A stretch of DNA of 32,000 nucleotides from Pirellula staleyi DSM 6068 (GTDB lineage: Bacteria > Planctomycetota > Planctomycetia > Pirellulales > Pirellulaceae): assembly GCA_000025185.1 (NCBI GenBank), contig CP001848.1, positions 3,480,001-3,512,000 of the forward strand. Reading direction: 5' to 3'. Position numbers and translations under genes: made by a program. Below are positions 1 to 8,996 of the stretch, piece by piece; the stretch's first letter is position 1; each line of letters begins with the position of its first letter. The notes beneath the pieces are model-generated. The model saw nothing but the letters and a program-made list of their open reading frames with translations, was not told the DNA's origin and ran no database searches.

Positions 1-521
1 GGATCACTAAGAACTTTGTTGACGATTTGAGTGCGAGTCGGGCGAAGGCGGCGCACTTCTTCGAGCGACAGGTTCATTACGCTCGAGGTAATCTTGGCTG
101 CCGTTTCATCGTCGTAACGATCAGCAGTATTCATCGACTGCGAAGCATCGCGTGCTAGGATGAGCGTGGGTCGGACTTCGCGATTCTGCAGGTAAACCAG
201 CGATGGGCCAAGGAAGATCACGACGAGCAGCAGCACGACACCGCAGCGCATGCCAGCGAGGAGAAGCTTGACCCAAGCGGGGCACGTGTCGAGCTCGCGA
301 CGATAAAGATTCACAACGCCGTAGAGCATGGCCGCAACTGCGGCAATCAGAACGAACACTCCCCAACTCGTTGGCAAGTTGGTGAGCAGGAACTCTACCT
401 TCGCACCTTCGGGAACTTGCGAAGCGTCGTAACCAAACCAACTGACGATGGTGTCGGTGAACGATGCTGCTAGTGGCAACAGATTCATCTTCGATCCGCC
501 AATCGCGCTAGGGGTGGTCAT
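1..521 (-). CDS. Membrane-anchored vWA (BatB/BatD-like) protein, N-terminal part only; the gene continues past the left edge
   Basis: This minus-strand frame is absent from the ORF track because it has no stop inside the window. My translation from ATG 521 (alternative ATG 488) reads MTTPSAIGGSKMNLLPLAASFTDTIVSWFGYDAS..WGVFVLIAAVAAMLYGVV..LLLAGMRCGVVLLLVVIFLGP, giving two hydrophobic helices. It continues TLILARDASQSMNTAD, a DxSxS MIDAS start. An in-frame TAA lies just upstream of 521. I checked every codion of this frame from 3 to 332 and saw no stop. Confidence 0.6.
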   Translation of the reverse strand, partial: MTTPSAIGGSKMNLLPLAASFTDTIVSWFGYDASQVPEGAKVEFLLTNLPTSWGVFVLIAAVAAMLYGVVNLYRRELDTCPAWVKLLLAGMRCGVVLLLVVIFLGPSLVYLQNREVRPTLILARDASQSMNTADRYDDETAAKITSSVMNLSLEEVRRLRPTRTQIVNKVLSD

Positions 522-626
522 CAGGAAGTCGAGCGAAGAAGCGATCACGAGAGAATCTCTCACGCTAGTTTAAGTTCTTAAGGAATGGATCGGGGTGCAG
601 GACAGGTCGGACAAAATCAGGCGAGG

Positions 627-2462
627 CTAAAATCTCCACGCGCGGCTGAGAGCAGGCATGTCGATCTTTCGGAGTTCTTTACCCGCAGCATCTATCTCGG
701 TCACGCCGGTGGAATCGACCACAACCGTGGTGCCAGTCGCCAAGCGTTGCGCTGAATACGGATTCTTAAACTTTCCCTGCTGCCAAACCACTTTTCCATC
801 GCGGCTGTATTCGCGAATCTCTTGCAGGTTCAGAGAGCAAACTAAGGTGTTGCCATTTTCGAGACGTTGTACGGAAAAAGGCATCCCGACGCCGCCGATT
901 TCCCACACTGTTTTGCCGGAGGCATCGATTTCAATCACCTTCTGCACGTTCTGCAGCGCCACGAGTGTGCGACCATCTTCTAGTCGCCGCGCATCCACAG
1001 GACGCCCTTCGAGAGCCGCTTTCCAAACGATTTTCTTCGCCGGATCGATCTCGAGGACTTGCGAGCCTTCTGTGCAGGCAATCAGTGTGTTGCCATTCTC
1101 GAGTCGTTCGACACTTGTGGGACCTCCGGGAAGGCCATCGTAGCGCCAAACTTCTTTACCTGTGTCGTCGTACTCCACTAGCGAACGCTCGTTGAAGCTG
1201 CCGATCAGGCGATGTCCATTGGGAAGCCCTTGGCAGGCCCAGGGCTGAACACCGGTCGCACGCTCCCAAAGTTTCTTGCCAGTCACATCGAATTCGATCA
1301 CTTTGTTCTGGCCGTGATTGGTCACCAAGATGCGACCAAGATCGATCGGAACATTATCGAGGGGATGTTTGAGGAGCGCGGTGGAGGAACTCTTTTCGAG
1401 CCATTCATTCCACTTCTCGAGTGGCGCCGAGCGTTCTTCTTTCGGAGCATAGACGGTAAATCCAAACGCCTCGCCAGTGTAGCTACGAAGGGTTCGAAAG
1501 GCTTCGAGTCGCACCGCGACATCATCGGCATCGAGCAGCTTGACAAGCGTTGGGAGCGATTCGCGGCGATTGTTTACTGCTAAGATGCGAGCTGATGTGG
1601 CCCGCACAATCGGAGCATCGTCGCTGAGGAGCTTGAGTGAAAGTTCGACCGAGCGAGCGGTGTCGAGTTCGGCAATGGCACCGAGCACGGCAATGCGGTG
1701 CTGAGGATCGGCCTCGCTGAGTCCTTCGACAAGCATTGGCAAATCTTTGGTGGTTGCCGTGGCGATCAGAGCGCGGCGCAGTGCAATCCGCAGATGCTCT
1801 TCGTCGCAAAGAGGTAGCGATTTTAGCAGCGAAGAGGCGAGCCCTGGCAGGTTCTCTTCGCGAATGATCGTGAGGGCCGCAAACAAAAGCGAACGACCTT
1901 CTGCCTGGGTTTGATCGAGAATGCGTTTCGAGCGCCAGCGGATTTCCGGATCGTCACTCTTGGTGGCACTGACGAGCACATCGTGCAGGCCGGCTGGTTG
2001 CCGCATGAGCAGCTTCATGGCCGTCTCGCGTGCTGCGAAACTCTCGCTCCCGAGTTCCCGTATATGCTGCTCGAGTTCAGTGCGTCGCTCGGGGCTCGGC
2101 TGCATCGCATCAAAATACTTGATGAGCGATTCGCTCGTTGGCTGAAGGTCGTAACGCGCAAGCACTGCAATCTGGGGCGAAACTCCGGGCTCAGCAGTGG
2201 TCGCCTCAGCTGTTTTGTCACCAGCAGCGTCGCGAACTTTTTCGACATCCACCTTGGCCCGGGCAGCAGCAGCTTCTTTGATCGCTTCCTTAACGATTGC
2301 CTTCTTAAGTTCGATCTCTACAGCGCCCTCTTGTGCAACGGCTATCGAGCCAAGACCAACCAGCACCAAAACCAGGGAACACCGTGCGCACGAGTACACC
2401 GAGCGTAGCAACCGACTGGTTGTACGCGAGGTGATCGACGCTGCGATGGACACGTGGTTCAT
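627..2462 (-). CDS. Exported HEAT-repeat protein with a C-terminal 6-bladed beta-propeller (paralog of the C-terminal module of the upstream gene)
   Basis: This is ORF 627..2657 trimmed to ATG 2462, because the longer form overlaps the stop of the upstream gene at 2492. The N-terminus MNHVSIAASITSRTTSRLLRSVYSCARCSLVLVLVGLGSIAVAQE looks like a signal peptide. HEAT-like repeats are present (LLSDDAPIVRATSARILA, LLDADDVAVRLEAFRTL). Six blades of about 40 aa follow, each ending RLENGNTL-like. Confidence 0.8.
   Translation of the reverse strand: MNHVSIAASITSRTTSRLLRSVYSCARCSLVLVLVGLGSIAVAQEGAVEIELKKAIVKEAIKEAAAARAKVDVEKVRDAAGDKTAEATTAEPGVSPQIAVLARYDLQPTSESLIKYFDAMQPSPERRTELEQHIRELGSESFAARETAMKLLMRQPAGLHDVLVSATKSDDPEIRWRSKRILDQTQAEGRSLLFAALTIIREENLPGLASSLLKSLPLCDEEHLRIALRRALIATATTKDLPMLVEGLSEADPQHRIAVLGAIAELDTARSVELSLKLLSDDAPIVRATSARILAVNNRRESLPTLVKLLDADDVAVRLEAFRTLRSYTGEAFGFTVYAPKEERSAPLEKWNEWLEKSSSTALLKHPLDNVPIDLGRILVTNHGQNKVIEFDVTGKKLWERATGVQPWACQGLPNGHRLIGSFNERSLVEYDDTGKEVWRYDGLPGGPTSVERLENGNTLIACTEGSQVLEIDPAKKIVWKAALEGRPVDARRLEDGRTLVALQNVQKVIEIDASGKTVWEIGGVGMPFSVQRLENGNTLVCSLNLQEIREYSRDGKVVWQQGKFKNPYSAQRLATGTTVVVDSTGVTEIDAAGKELRKIDMPALSRAWRF
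630..1337 (-). repeat. Six tandem blade repeats of about 40 aa (about 120 nt) encoding a beta-propeller
   Basis: The blades, delimited by eye, are GRILVTNHG..QGLPN, GHRLIGSF..ERLEN, GNTLIACT..RRLED, GRTLVALQ..QRLEN, GNTLVCSL..QRLAT and GTTVVVDS..AWRF. Each carries a conserved (V/I)xE(I/Y/F)D..GK.VW core. Confidence 0.7.
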
Positions 2463-2491
2463 AGTGCTGAAAAGGAACTGAGTGCCTACAA

Positions 2492-5400
2492 TTAGTACTG
2501 CGATACGCCGGTAATATTGCCCATCCGTTGTTGCCATTTCACCTGCGTGCCGGTGGGGTCGACTTCCGAAACGCCGTTGTTGTCGGCAATCAAAGTGTTT
2601 CCATTCGGCAGACGCTGGGCACAGAATGGATTGACGAGCGGAACCTTCGCAGTCCACACCGTTTTCTGACCACTGGGATCAACTTCCACCACTTGTCCGG
2701 TGTACATCTGGCAGACGATGGTGTTTCCGTTTTCCAGTCGTTCGACATGGCACGGTCCATTCATATTGCGAGCTTCCCAAACAGTCTTGCCGGTGGAGTC
2801 GACTTCCACGACGCGACCTCCTTGCTGCAATGCCACCAGTGTGTTGCCATTGGAAAGTCGTCGGGCAGACATCGGACGACCTTGTACGGTGATGGTGGTT
2901 TGGGTTCCGTCGGGAGCAATCTCGATGATCTGTTGCACGTCGGCACATGCCACCAAAGTCCCGCCATTTTCAAGTCGCTGGCAGCTGTACACAGGACCAG
3001 GAAGACGGTCTTTCTTCCAAACTTCTTTGCCTTCTTCGTCGTACTCCACAACGGTGTTCTGAGCGAAGAGAGTGACGAGCCGATGTCCGTTGGGAAGACC
3101 CTGACAGCTCCATGGATTCGGGACTTGTTTACGCCAACGCTCTTTGTGGTCGGCATCGAGTTCGATGATCAAACCTTGTGCCTGTGAGACCAGCAGCGTG
3201 CGCCCGAGAGGCATGTCTACATCAGGAAGGGGTAGCTTCAGCTCAGCGGTGGCACCGGTGGTCGAGATCCACTCTTTCCAGGCCGCTACTGCTTTTTCAC
3301 GTTCTTCGGGTTTGGCTTCCGCTATGAATGGAAGGGTTTGGCCGGTCGCGGCGCGAAGCGATTGATAGCTGCGTGTCCGAACCTTGCTACTGAGCGCGTC
3401 GAGCAACTCGCCCAGCTTCGTGAGCGCGGCTCGATCGCCGAGATTCATCAAAGCACGAGCTGCTGCCAGCTGCACATTTTCATCGGTATCGCCAAGTAGC
3501 TTAGGGAGCGACTGCTTGGCTTCGTCGGGGGCGAGCTTGGCGAGGATGCCAGCTGCCATGATCGGACCAGCCGCTTCTTTCGCTTCGAGTGCAACGCGAA
3601 TGGCTGGCAAATCGTCGGCTGTTGGCGGAAGTGCAGTGAGAGTTTGAGCGGCTGCTGTAATCAGGTGTTCTTGATCGAGGATCGGGGCCAGCTTGAGGAT
3701 ACGCTCGGTTTGTCCCACGAGCTTCTTTTGTCGCACGACAAACAGCGTGTTCACCAGCAAGCTGCCACGCTTCATCGCCATCTCTTTGCTAATCGTGGGA
3801 CGTTCTGTCGGAGCGACAAACATCTCGTTCATCAGGTCGATCGTCACATCGGGGTTCTGCTGCGACAACTTCAGTTCAGCGATTGCCGCAAAGAGACGTG
3901 CGGCAGCCTCATCGGGTGTCGACTTGGCGAGCACCAGTTGGTAGCCACCACGCAAGTCGGCCAGCGTGCGATCGAGATCTTTTTGCTTGCTGTATAGCCG
4001 CATTCGATTGAATTGTGCGTCGGCATCCCCTGCTTTGATTTGTTCCGCCAGCATGTTCAAGCGGTGGTCGAGATTGGTCATCGCATAGACCCGGCCACCT
4101 CCGGTAACCCAGAACTTTTCGCCGTCGCTGTAGAGATTTCCAACCGGATCGTCGGTAGTGAGCGAAACTCCAACTTGCGTTTGCTTCGTCCCTTTCTCAA
4201 GGTCAAGCTTGACGATCGAATCATTCACCGGCATGTAAATCGCATCGCTCGTGAGTGTGCCACGTCCGAGTGAATCTTCGAGTTCGGTGACCCAAACAAG
4301 GCGTCCGCTGGGAATGTCGTAGCGGCGAACCACGTTCTTGCCAGCCACGAACAAGCCACGTCCCGAGACTCCTAAAACATAGGTGGCAGGGACTTCCCAC
4401 TTCACGCGCGGCGATTCCCAAATGATCTGCCCACTACGGCGATCGAGCGCAACGATTTTGTCGCTGTCGCTCGAAAGGACGACGAGCGTTCGTCCCGATG
4501 GGATCACCACATCCTCGGTCCACCCCTCGAAACTCATCATGGCGCCATACTGCGTTCCGTACATTTGCCGCATTCGATCATCGGGCTTACCGTCTCGTTC
4601 ATAGCGCACAGCCCAGCGGATGTTTCCACCTACGGCATCGATGGCAAACACCACACCGTTACCGCACGTCAGGTAAGCATCGCGACCGTCGACCGCCATG
4701 ATGGTTGGCGACCAGGGGGCGGCACCACCTTGAGGTTCATCGCACAGGTAGGTCTTCCAGCGTGTGCTTCCATCGGATTTGGCCATCGCATAAAGCCAGA
4801 TCGTTCCACCATCGGTGACAGGAGCGAGTAGCAGTTCACCGGAGCCAACCGGGGCAGCGAGAAATCCGACATCTTGCGAGCCTTCTTTGTCTTCATCGCT
4901 CGCACCGCGATGCCACTTCACTTTTCCGCTATCGGCTTCATAAGCTGCCAAAAAATTTGTGCGGGTACGGCGGGGCGTTACTCCCCACTGGAATCCGCGC
5001 TGCTGACGAGCGACGCGCGGAGGCGTTTCATCTCGCCCGAGACGTTTGCCTTCAATCGAGTAGATCATGTCGTCGACCAGCGACATCGATTGATGAATCC
5101 GATCGCCAAACAGCATCACCTCCGCAGCGGACTTGGGACGCTGCGACGCTTGCGTTTGAATCCCCATGTTCATCTGCATCATCATCAGCATCTGGCTCAT
5201 GCCATCGAGCTCAAACTGATTGAGCCAAACGCTGCGCCACACAGGCTGCGAGTTGAGTGCCGAGGTGTGGAAACAAATCAGCTCATCGGCCAATTTGATG
5301 TAGACCTTGTTGTCGCGGAACAGAAGTTGGCCCGTGGGGAGCCAGCCATTCTGACGCCACTGCGAAACGAGTTGTTCACGCGAGAAGACTTGAGGCTGTG

Positions 5401-6436
5401 CGTTGGGATCGCGAACAGCGGAGCGGCGAACCATGATTCCCGGAGCGACCATGCCACCCCAAGGATTCATGACATTCGAATCCGAAGCAGAGAGCTCGAC
5501 CTCTTGTACCCATAGTTCGGTGAGGGTCCGCTCCGACGCTGCTGAGGGCAAAGGGCGCATCGCGCCACTGCGACTGCTGCTTCCGAGAAGCATGGGCCAA
5601 TCGAGCGAAAATTCGCTAGAAAACGAGCTCGAAGTGGCGGCTAATTGCTCGGTCACTGCATCGAGAATCGAACGCTCCGGACGAGGGCCAGCCACGGAAG
5701 CAATGCTGCTGAGTGAGGTTTCAGCACCTTGCTTATCCCCCACGCGGCTGCTGGCCACAGCCAGTCGCAGCAGCACTTCGGCGCGAGGAACTGAGGGATC
5801 TGGATGCCGTTCGAGAATTTTGTTGAGCAGGCGACTTGCGCCGACGAAATCGTGTCGATCAAGCGCGAGGCAGGCGAGCCGAAACGCAGCATCGTCCCCG
5901 AGAGAACTTAGAAAATAGCGGTTTGCGACACGTGCAAGGGCATCTTCTTCGGTCTCGGGCGTCGCACGGCTTAGGATCGCTTGAGCTTCCCCGTCGGCCG
6001 TAATTCGGTAGGTCGAGAGGGCGAGTGGTGGAAGCGAAGCGAGAGTCAATTCGATCTCGTCGGCGAGCGAAGTATAGGTGCGGCCATCTCGCGTCATCAG
6101 CGTATCGCCAGCTTCGTCGAGCACTTTTTGCCACAGCACCACCGCCAGATCGAGGCGCCCATCGGCCACGCATTGATCCGCACGCTTCAGCAAACGCTGC
6201 TGTTCAGGATCCGTTTTCAGTGCTGCTCCGCCCGGAAATCGAGTTTCGCTGGGATCGGGAGCACTGTCATCTTCTGCCTTCGCGGGGCCTGCGACTGCAC
6301 GCTTGATGCCAAAGGCGCCCGGCAACGGAATCGGGGCCAGCTGCGCGGAAAGTGTCGACGTGAATAGAAACGAACCGACAAGAGCAAACACAACTGCGCG
6401 AGTGCTCGACCAGTAAGGAAGGATCGATTTGTTCAT
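2492..6436 (-). CDS. Large exported multidomain protein: TPR-like N-region, PQQ/BamB-like beta-propeller, helical region, HEAT repeats, second 6-bladed propeller
   Basis: This is ORF 2492..6571 trimmed to ATG 6436. A GGAG lies 8 nt upstream, and the longer form would overlap the batA-like gene that ends at 6474. The signal-like N-terminus is MNKSILPYWSSTRAVVFALVGSFLFTSTLSAQ. PQQ-like repeat signatures include GKVKWHRG, DGSTRWKTY, GGNIRWAVRY, SGQIIWESP and SGRLVWVTEL. A HEAT repeat reads LLGDTDENVQLAAARALMNLGD. The C-terminus has six RLENGNTL-type blades. Confidence 0.85.
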   Translation of the reverse strand: MNKSILPYWSSTRAVVFALVGSFLFTSTLSAQLAPIPLPGAFGIKRAVAGPAKAEDDSAPDPSETRFPGGAALKTDPEQQRLLKRADQCVADGRLDLAVVLWQKVLDEAGDTLMTRDGRTYTSLADEIELTLASLPPLALSTYRITADGEAQAILSRATPETEEDALARVANRYFLSSLGDDAAFRLACLALDRHDFVGASRLLNKILERHPDPSVPRAEVLLRLAVASSRVGDKQGAETSLSSIASVAGPRPERSILDAVTEQLAATSSSFSSEFSLDWPMLLGSSSRSGAMRPLPSAASERTLTELWVQEVELSASDSNVMNPWGGMVAPGIMVRRSAVRDPNAQPQVFSREQLVSQWRQNGWLPTGQLLFRDNKVYIKLADELICFHTSALNSQPVWRSVWLNQFELDGMSQMLMMMQMNMGIQTQASQRPKSAAEVMLFGDRIHQSMSLVDDMIYSIEGKRLGRDETPPRVARQQRGFQWGVTPRRTRTNFLAAYEADSGKVKWHRGASDEDKEGSQDVGFLAAPVGSGELLLAPVTDGGTIWLYAMAKSDGSTRWKTYLCDEPQGGAAPWSPTIMAVDGRDAYLTCGNGVVFAIDAVGGNIRWAVRYERDGKPDDRMRQMYGTQYGAMMSFEGWTEDVVIPSGRTLVVLSSDSDKIVALDRRSGQIIWESPRVKWEVPATYVLGVSGRGLFVAGKNVVRRYDIPSGRLVWVTELEDSLGRGTLTSDAIYMPVNDSIVKLDLEKGTKQTQVGVSLTTDDPVGNLYSDGEKFWVTGGGRVYAMTNLDHRLNMLAEQIKAGDADAQFNRMRLYSKQKDLDRTLADLRGGYQLVLAKSTPDEAAARLFAAIAELKLSQQNPDVTIDLMNEMFVAPTERPTISKEMAMKRGSLLVNTLFVVRQKKLVGQTERILKLAPILDQEHLITAAAQTLTALPPTADDLPAIRVALEAKEAAGPIMAAGILAKLAPDEAKQSLPKLLGDTDENVQLAAARALMNLGDRAALTKLGELLDALSSKVRTRSYQSLRAATGQTLPFIAEAKPEEREKAVAAWKEWISTTGATAELKLPLPDVDMPLGRTLLVSQAQGLIIELDADHKERWRKQVPNPWSCQGLPNGHRLVTLFAQNTVVEYDEEGKEVWKKDRLPGPVYSCQRLENGGTLVACADVQQIIEIAPDGTQTTITVQGRPMSARRLSNGNTLVALQQGGRVVEVDSTGKTVWEARNMNGPCHVERLENGNTIVCQMYTGQVVEVDPSGQKTVWTAKVPLVNPFCAQRLPNGNTLIADNNGVSEVDPTGTQVKWQQRMGNITGVSQY
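2495..3205 (-). repeat. Six tandem blade repeats of about 40 aa, paralogous to 630..1337
   Basis: The blades are GRTLLVSQ..QGLPN, GHRLVTLF..QRLEN, GGTLVACA..RRLSN, GNTLVALQ..ERLEN, GNTIVCQM..QRLPN and GNTLIADN..VSQY. They match the blades of the downstream gene in the same order. Confidence 0.7.
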
Positions 6437-6473
6437 CGTCATGACTCCTTCGGGATGCGCCGGTGAGGGCATC

Positions 6474-8888
6474 TTAGCGACGTCGACCGAACCACCAACC
6501 AAGAAGTTGCTCGCCCGAGAGGATTGCAACCACTGCCCACAGCAAATACCACCAAACTTCCGATTGTGCACCGACTGAACCTAGCCCCGCTGCTTCCTCG
6601 GCATCGATTAGTTGCACGTTCGCGCCAGCCAATTGACGACGGAACGAATCGCGGTCGACTGCTTTGAGGTTCCCTTCGGTCGGATCGACATTCGCCGCGA
6701 AGAGCACGGGTTGCTCGGCACCATCGCGGCGTGTGAGCTTCATTTGATAGAACCCGGCGGTATTCACATCGGCATACTCGGCCAGCCAAACGGTGGCGCT
6801 CGAGTCCGCTGTCGGCGCTACATTCCCTTTTTGAAGCGAAACCGGCTCGGCTGGCACTGGCGTCGACTTCGGAGCCTCGGCTGGTTTACCTGGCGAAGGG
6901 GCACCATCTTCCGGTGGCTGGGCTTGCAAATTAGCTTCTCGATTCGCAGGCCCTTTGACCGAAACGTCGATTTCGAACTGCGCTAAATCGATCTTCTGAC
7001 GGAGCGGCTCACCCACACGCACGGAGGCCGATTCACCACTCGAGCCCGACATATACCGGACCAATTCTTGCATCGTCAGCAAGTAGCTTGGATCGCTGGT
7101 CCAGTTGGTCCAGTCGGCATCAGCAGGCATCGCCAGCACCATTGTTCGGCCCCGTCCCATCCCCTTTTCAGCAATGGCGGGAGACGAATCGGGATCGCTA
7201 AAGCGAGCAGGAATCGAAACGCTGCTGCCGAGTTGCTCTTTCTTCGGCGCCGAAGCCCACCATCGAAACACTTTCATGTTGTCGAGAAACGGATTGTTTT
7301 GCCCAGCGAAAATCGACAGGACAGGATGCTGCGGCTGTTCGACTCGCAGCGAAACCCAGGTGTTCTCGGTCTCGTCGCCGCGTACATTCTCGAGTCGCAG
7401 CGGCGAGAGCCCCGCCCCGTCGCGGTAGTAGTTGTCATTAAAAAACTGCTCGTCGATTTGATCACCAGGAAAAATCACGAGCCCACCACCCGCTTCGGTC
7501 CAGCGCTCAAGTCGCAAAAGATTTTCGAGCGTCTTATCGCCGAGCCGATACACGTTGCAGAGAAAAATCACCTCATATTTGTCGAGCTGTGCTGCTTCGA
7601 GTTCGTTTTCGGTAATCACATCGACAGCCACTCCACTCGGAACAGGTCCCAGAGGAGAGAGAGCCCTTTTGAGATAGAACGATTCGCTCCGCCCAAACGA
7701 CGCACTCGGATCGCCATCGACAATAAGTGCCGGAATGCCCCGCACCACACGGGCCGGAAAATAGGCCACGCTATCGCCTGCGAGCGAATCGCTTTCGGCA
7801 TCCATTTCGGGGGCGAGTTCGATTTTCACTTCGCGTGGTTCGAGATCGGCCTCCGCTCCGGTGGCACTCTCATCGGAGCTGAACGTGAAGGAAAATGTCG
7901 CCGCCGCTGACTGGCCTGCTGGAATTTTCTCGATGGTGTTCTCGAGGGGGAGTGCATCACCGGCGGTGAACTTCACACGCACATCGCGAACTTCAGTGGC
8001 CGAAGGATTCGAAACGAGCACATCAAAGCGAGAGGAAACTCCCGCAACCAAAGTTCCTTCAGGTCGAACTTCCGTCACGATCAGATTCCGATCGCCACTG
8101 TCGCCGGCGGTAATCACATACGAACCGTTGACGAGCTTGCTAACCCGCTCGAGAACTTTAATCGGTGTCTCTGCAGTGGTGTCGGATGCTTTCCAGTCGC
8201 GCTCGCGTAGGTCAGTAACGATGTAGAGCACACGGTTGATGTTCGACGGGGTTTCCGTGAGCGAATCTTCGAGTTCCTTGAGTGCCACATCGAGCGAGGC
8301 AGCACGATCGCTCGGCTCGAGCTTTTCGATCGTCGAGACCACGTCGTCGATCGTCTCGTCCGACAGGTGGGTGCTAGCCAGCAGTGGCTGATCGGGCTTC
8401 GAGGTGACGATCAGCGTGACGCTGTTGTCGCTATCGTCGTCGGCGAGCGAGCGAACCAGGTCGACCAGCCGCGTGCGAGCAATTTCCCACGACGACTCAT
8501 TTCCTTGCCGCGTTTTCATGCTCAGCGAATCGTCGAGCAGGATGATGCGCTCGAACTGATTCGCGTCGAGCAGTCCCGCTGTCAGTGCTGTTGGAAAGAA
8601 GGGACGGGCAAGCAGTGCACCCAGTAGCGCCACGGCCAAGCAGCGTAGCAAAAGAAGCAGAATATTTTCGATCCGGATGCGACGACGGTTTTTCTTGTCG
8701 GCGTCGAGCAAAAAGTCCATCGCAGCCCAGTCGACGATCTTGAACTTCCGCTTGTTCAGCAGATGGATCAGGATCGGAATCGCAATGGCCGCGAGCCCCG
8801 CGAGAAAAATCCCGGGGTTCACCATCCAGCCTTCGAACAGGGCAAACATTGGCCACGCCAGCGACGGGCTAGAGAGCAATTCAAGCAT
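6474..8888 (-). CDS. BatA_N (aerotolerance-regulator N-terminal) domain membrane protein with a vWA-like domain and a C-terminal TM anchor
   Basis: The N-terminus ..MVNPGIFLAGLAAIAIPILIHLLNKRKFK followed by ILLLLLRCLAVALLGALLA is the classic BatA_N pattern. ERIILLDDSLSM contains a DxSxS motif. The C-terminal helix is VWWYLLWAVVAILSGEQLLGWWFGRRR. The ATG at 8888 was verified in the sequence; alternative ATGs lie at 8849 and 8825. Confidence 0.85.
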   Translation of the reverse strand: MLELLSSPSLAWPMFALFEGWMVNPGIFLAGLAAIAIPILIHLLNKRKFKIVDWAAMDFLLDADKKNRRRIRIENILLLLLRCLAVALLGALLARPFFPTALTAGLLDANQFERIILLDDSLSMKTRQGNESSWEIARTRLVDLVRSLADDDSDNSVTLIVTSKPDQPLLASTHLSDETIDDVVSTIEKLEPSDRAASLDVALKELEDSLTETPSNINRVLYIVTDLRERDWKASDTTAETPIKVLERVSKLVNGSYVITAGDSGDRNLIVTEVRPEGTLVAGVSSRFDVLVSNPSATEVRDVRVKFTAGDALPLENTIEKIPAGQSAAATFSFTFSSDESATGAEADLEPREVKIELAPEMDAESDSLAGDSVAYFPARVVRGIPALIVDGDPSASFGRSESFYLKRALSPLGPVPSGVAVDVITENELEAAQLDKYEVIFLCNVYRLGDKTLENLLRLERWTEAGGGLVIFPGDQIDEQFFNDNYYRDGAGLSPLRLENVRGDETENTWVSLRVEQPQHPVLSIFAGQNNPFLDNMKVFRWWASAPKKEQLGSSVSIPARFSDPDSSPAIAEKGMGRGRTMVLAMPADADWTNWTSDPSYLLTMQELVRYMSGSSGESASVRVGEPLRQKIDLAQFEIDVSVKGPANREANLQAQPPEDGAPSPGKPAEAPKSTPVPAEPVSLQKGNVAPTADSSATVWLAEYADVNTAGFYQMKLTRRDGAEQPVLFAANVDPTEGNLKAVDRDSFRRQLAGANVQLIDAEEAAGLGSVGAQSEVWWYLLWAVVAILSGEQLLGWWFGRRR

Positions 8889-8996
8889 CGGGCCCGCCTT
8901 TCTGGGTGATAGCCAAAGGGTCGAAACGTTGCATAGCGAATATCTTGTGGTAGCTGATCGTCAGGGTGGGGAAACTCGGTAGGTCCAGCTGCGGTC

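Noticed and set aside
121-441. A 106-aa minus-strand ORF from the track at the left edge.
   Set aside because: It is in the wrong frame. A different minus frame, open to the window edge, encodes a coherent TM-TM-MIDAS protein.
627-3205. The possibility that the two propeller modules are a diversity-generating retroelement template/variable pair or a recent gene conversion tract.
   Set aside because: The copies differ at roughly half of the residues throughout rather than at adenine-specific sites. No reverse transcriptase gene is present.
6437-6571. N-terminal extensions of the track ORFs 2492..6571 and 627..2657 (2463-2657).
   Set aside because: The extensions overlap the 3' ends of the upstream genes and encode non-protein-like sequence. 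Internal ATGs at 6436 and 2462 yield proper signal peptides.
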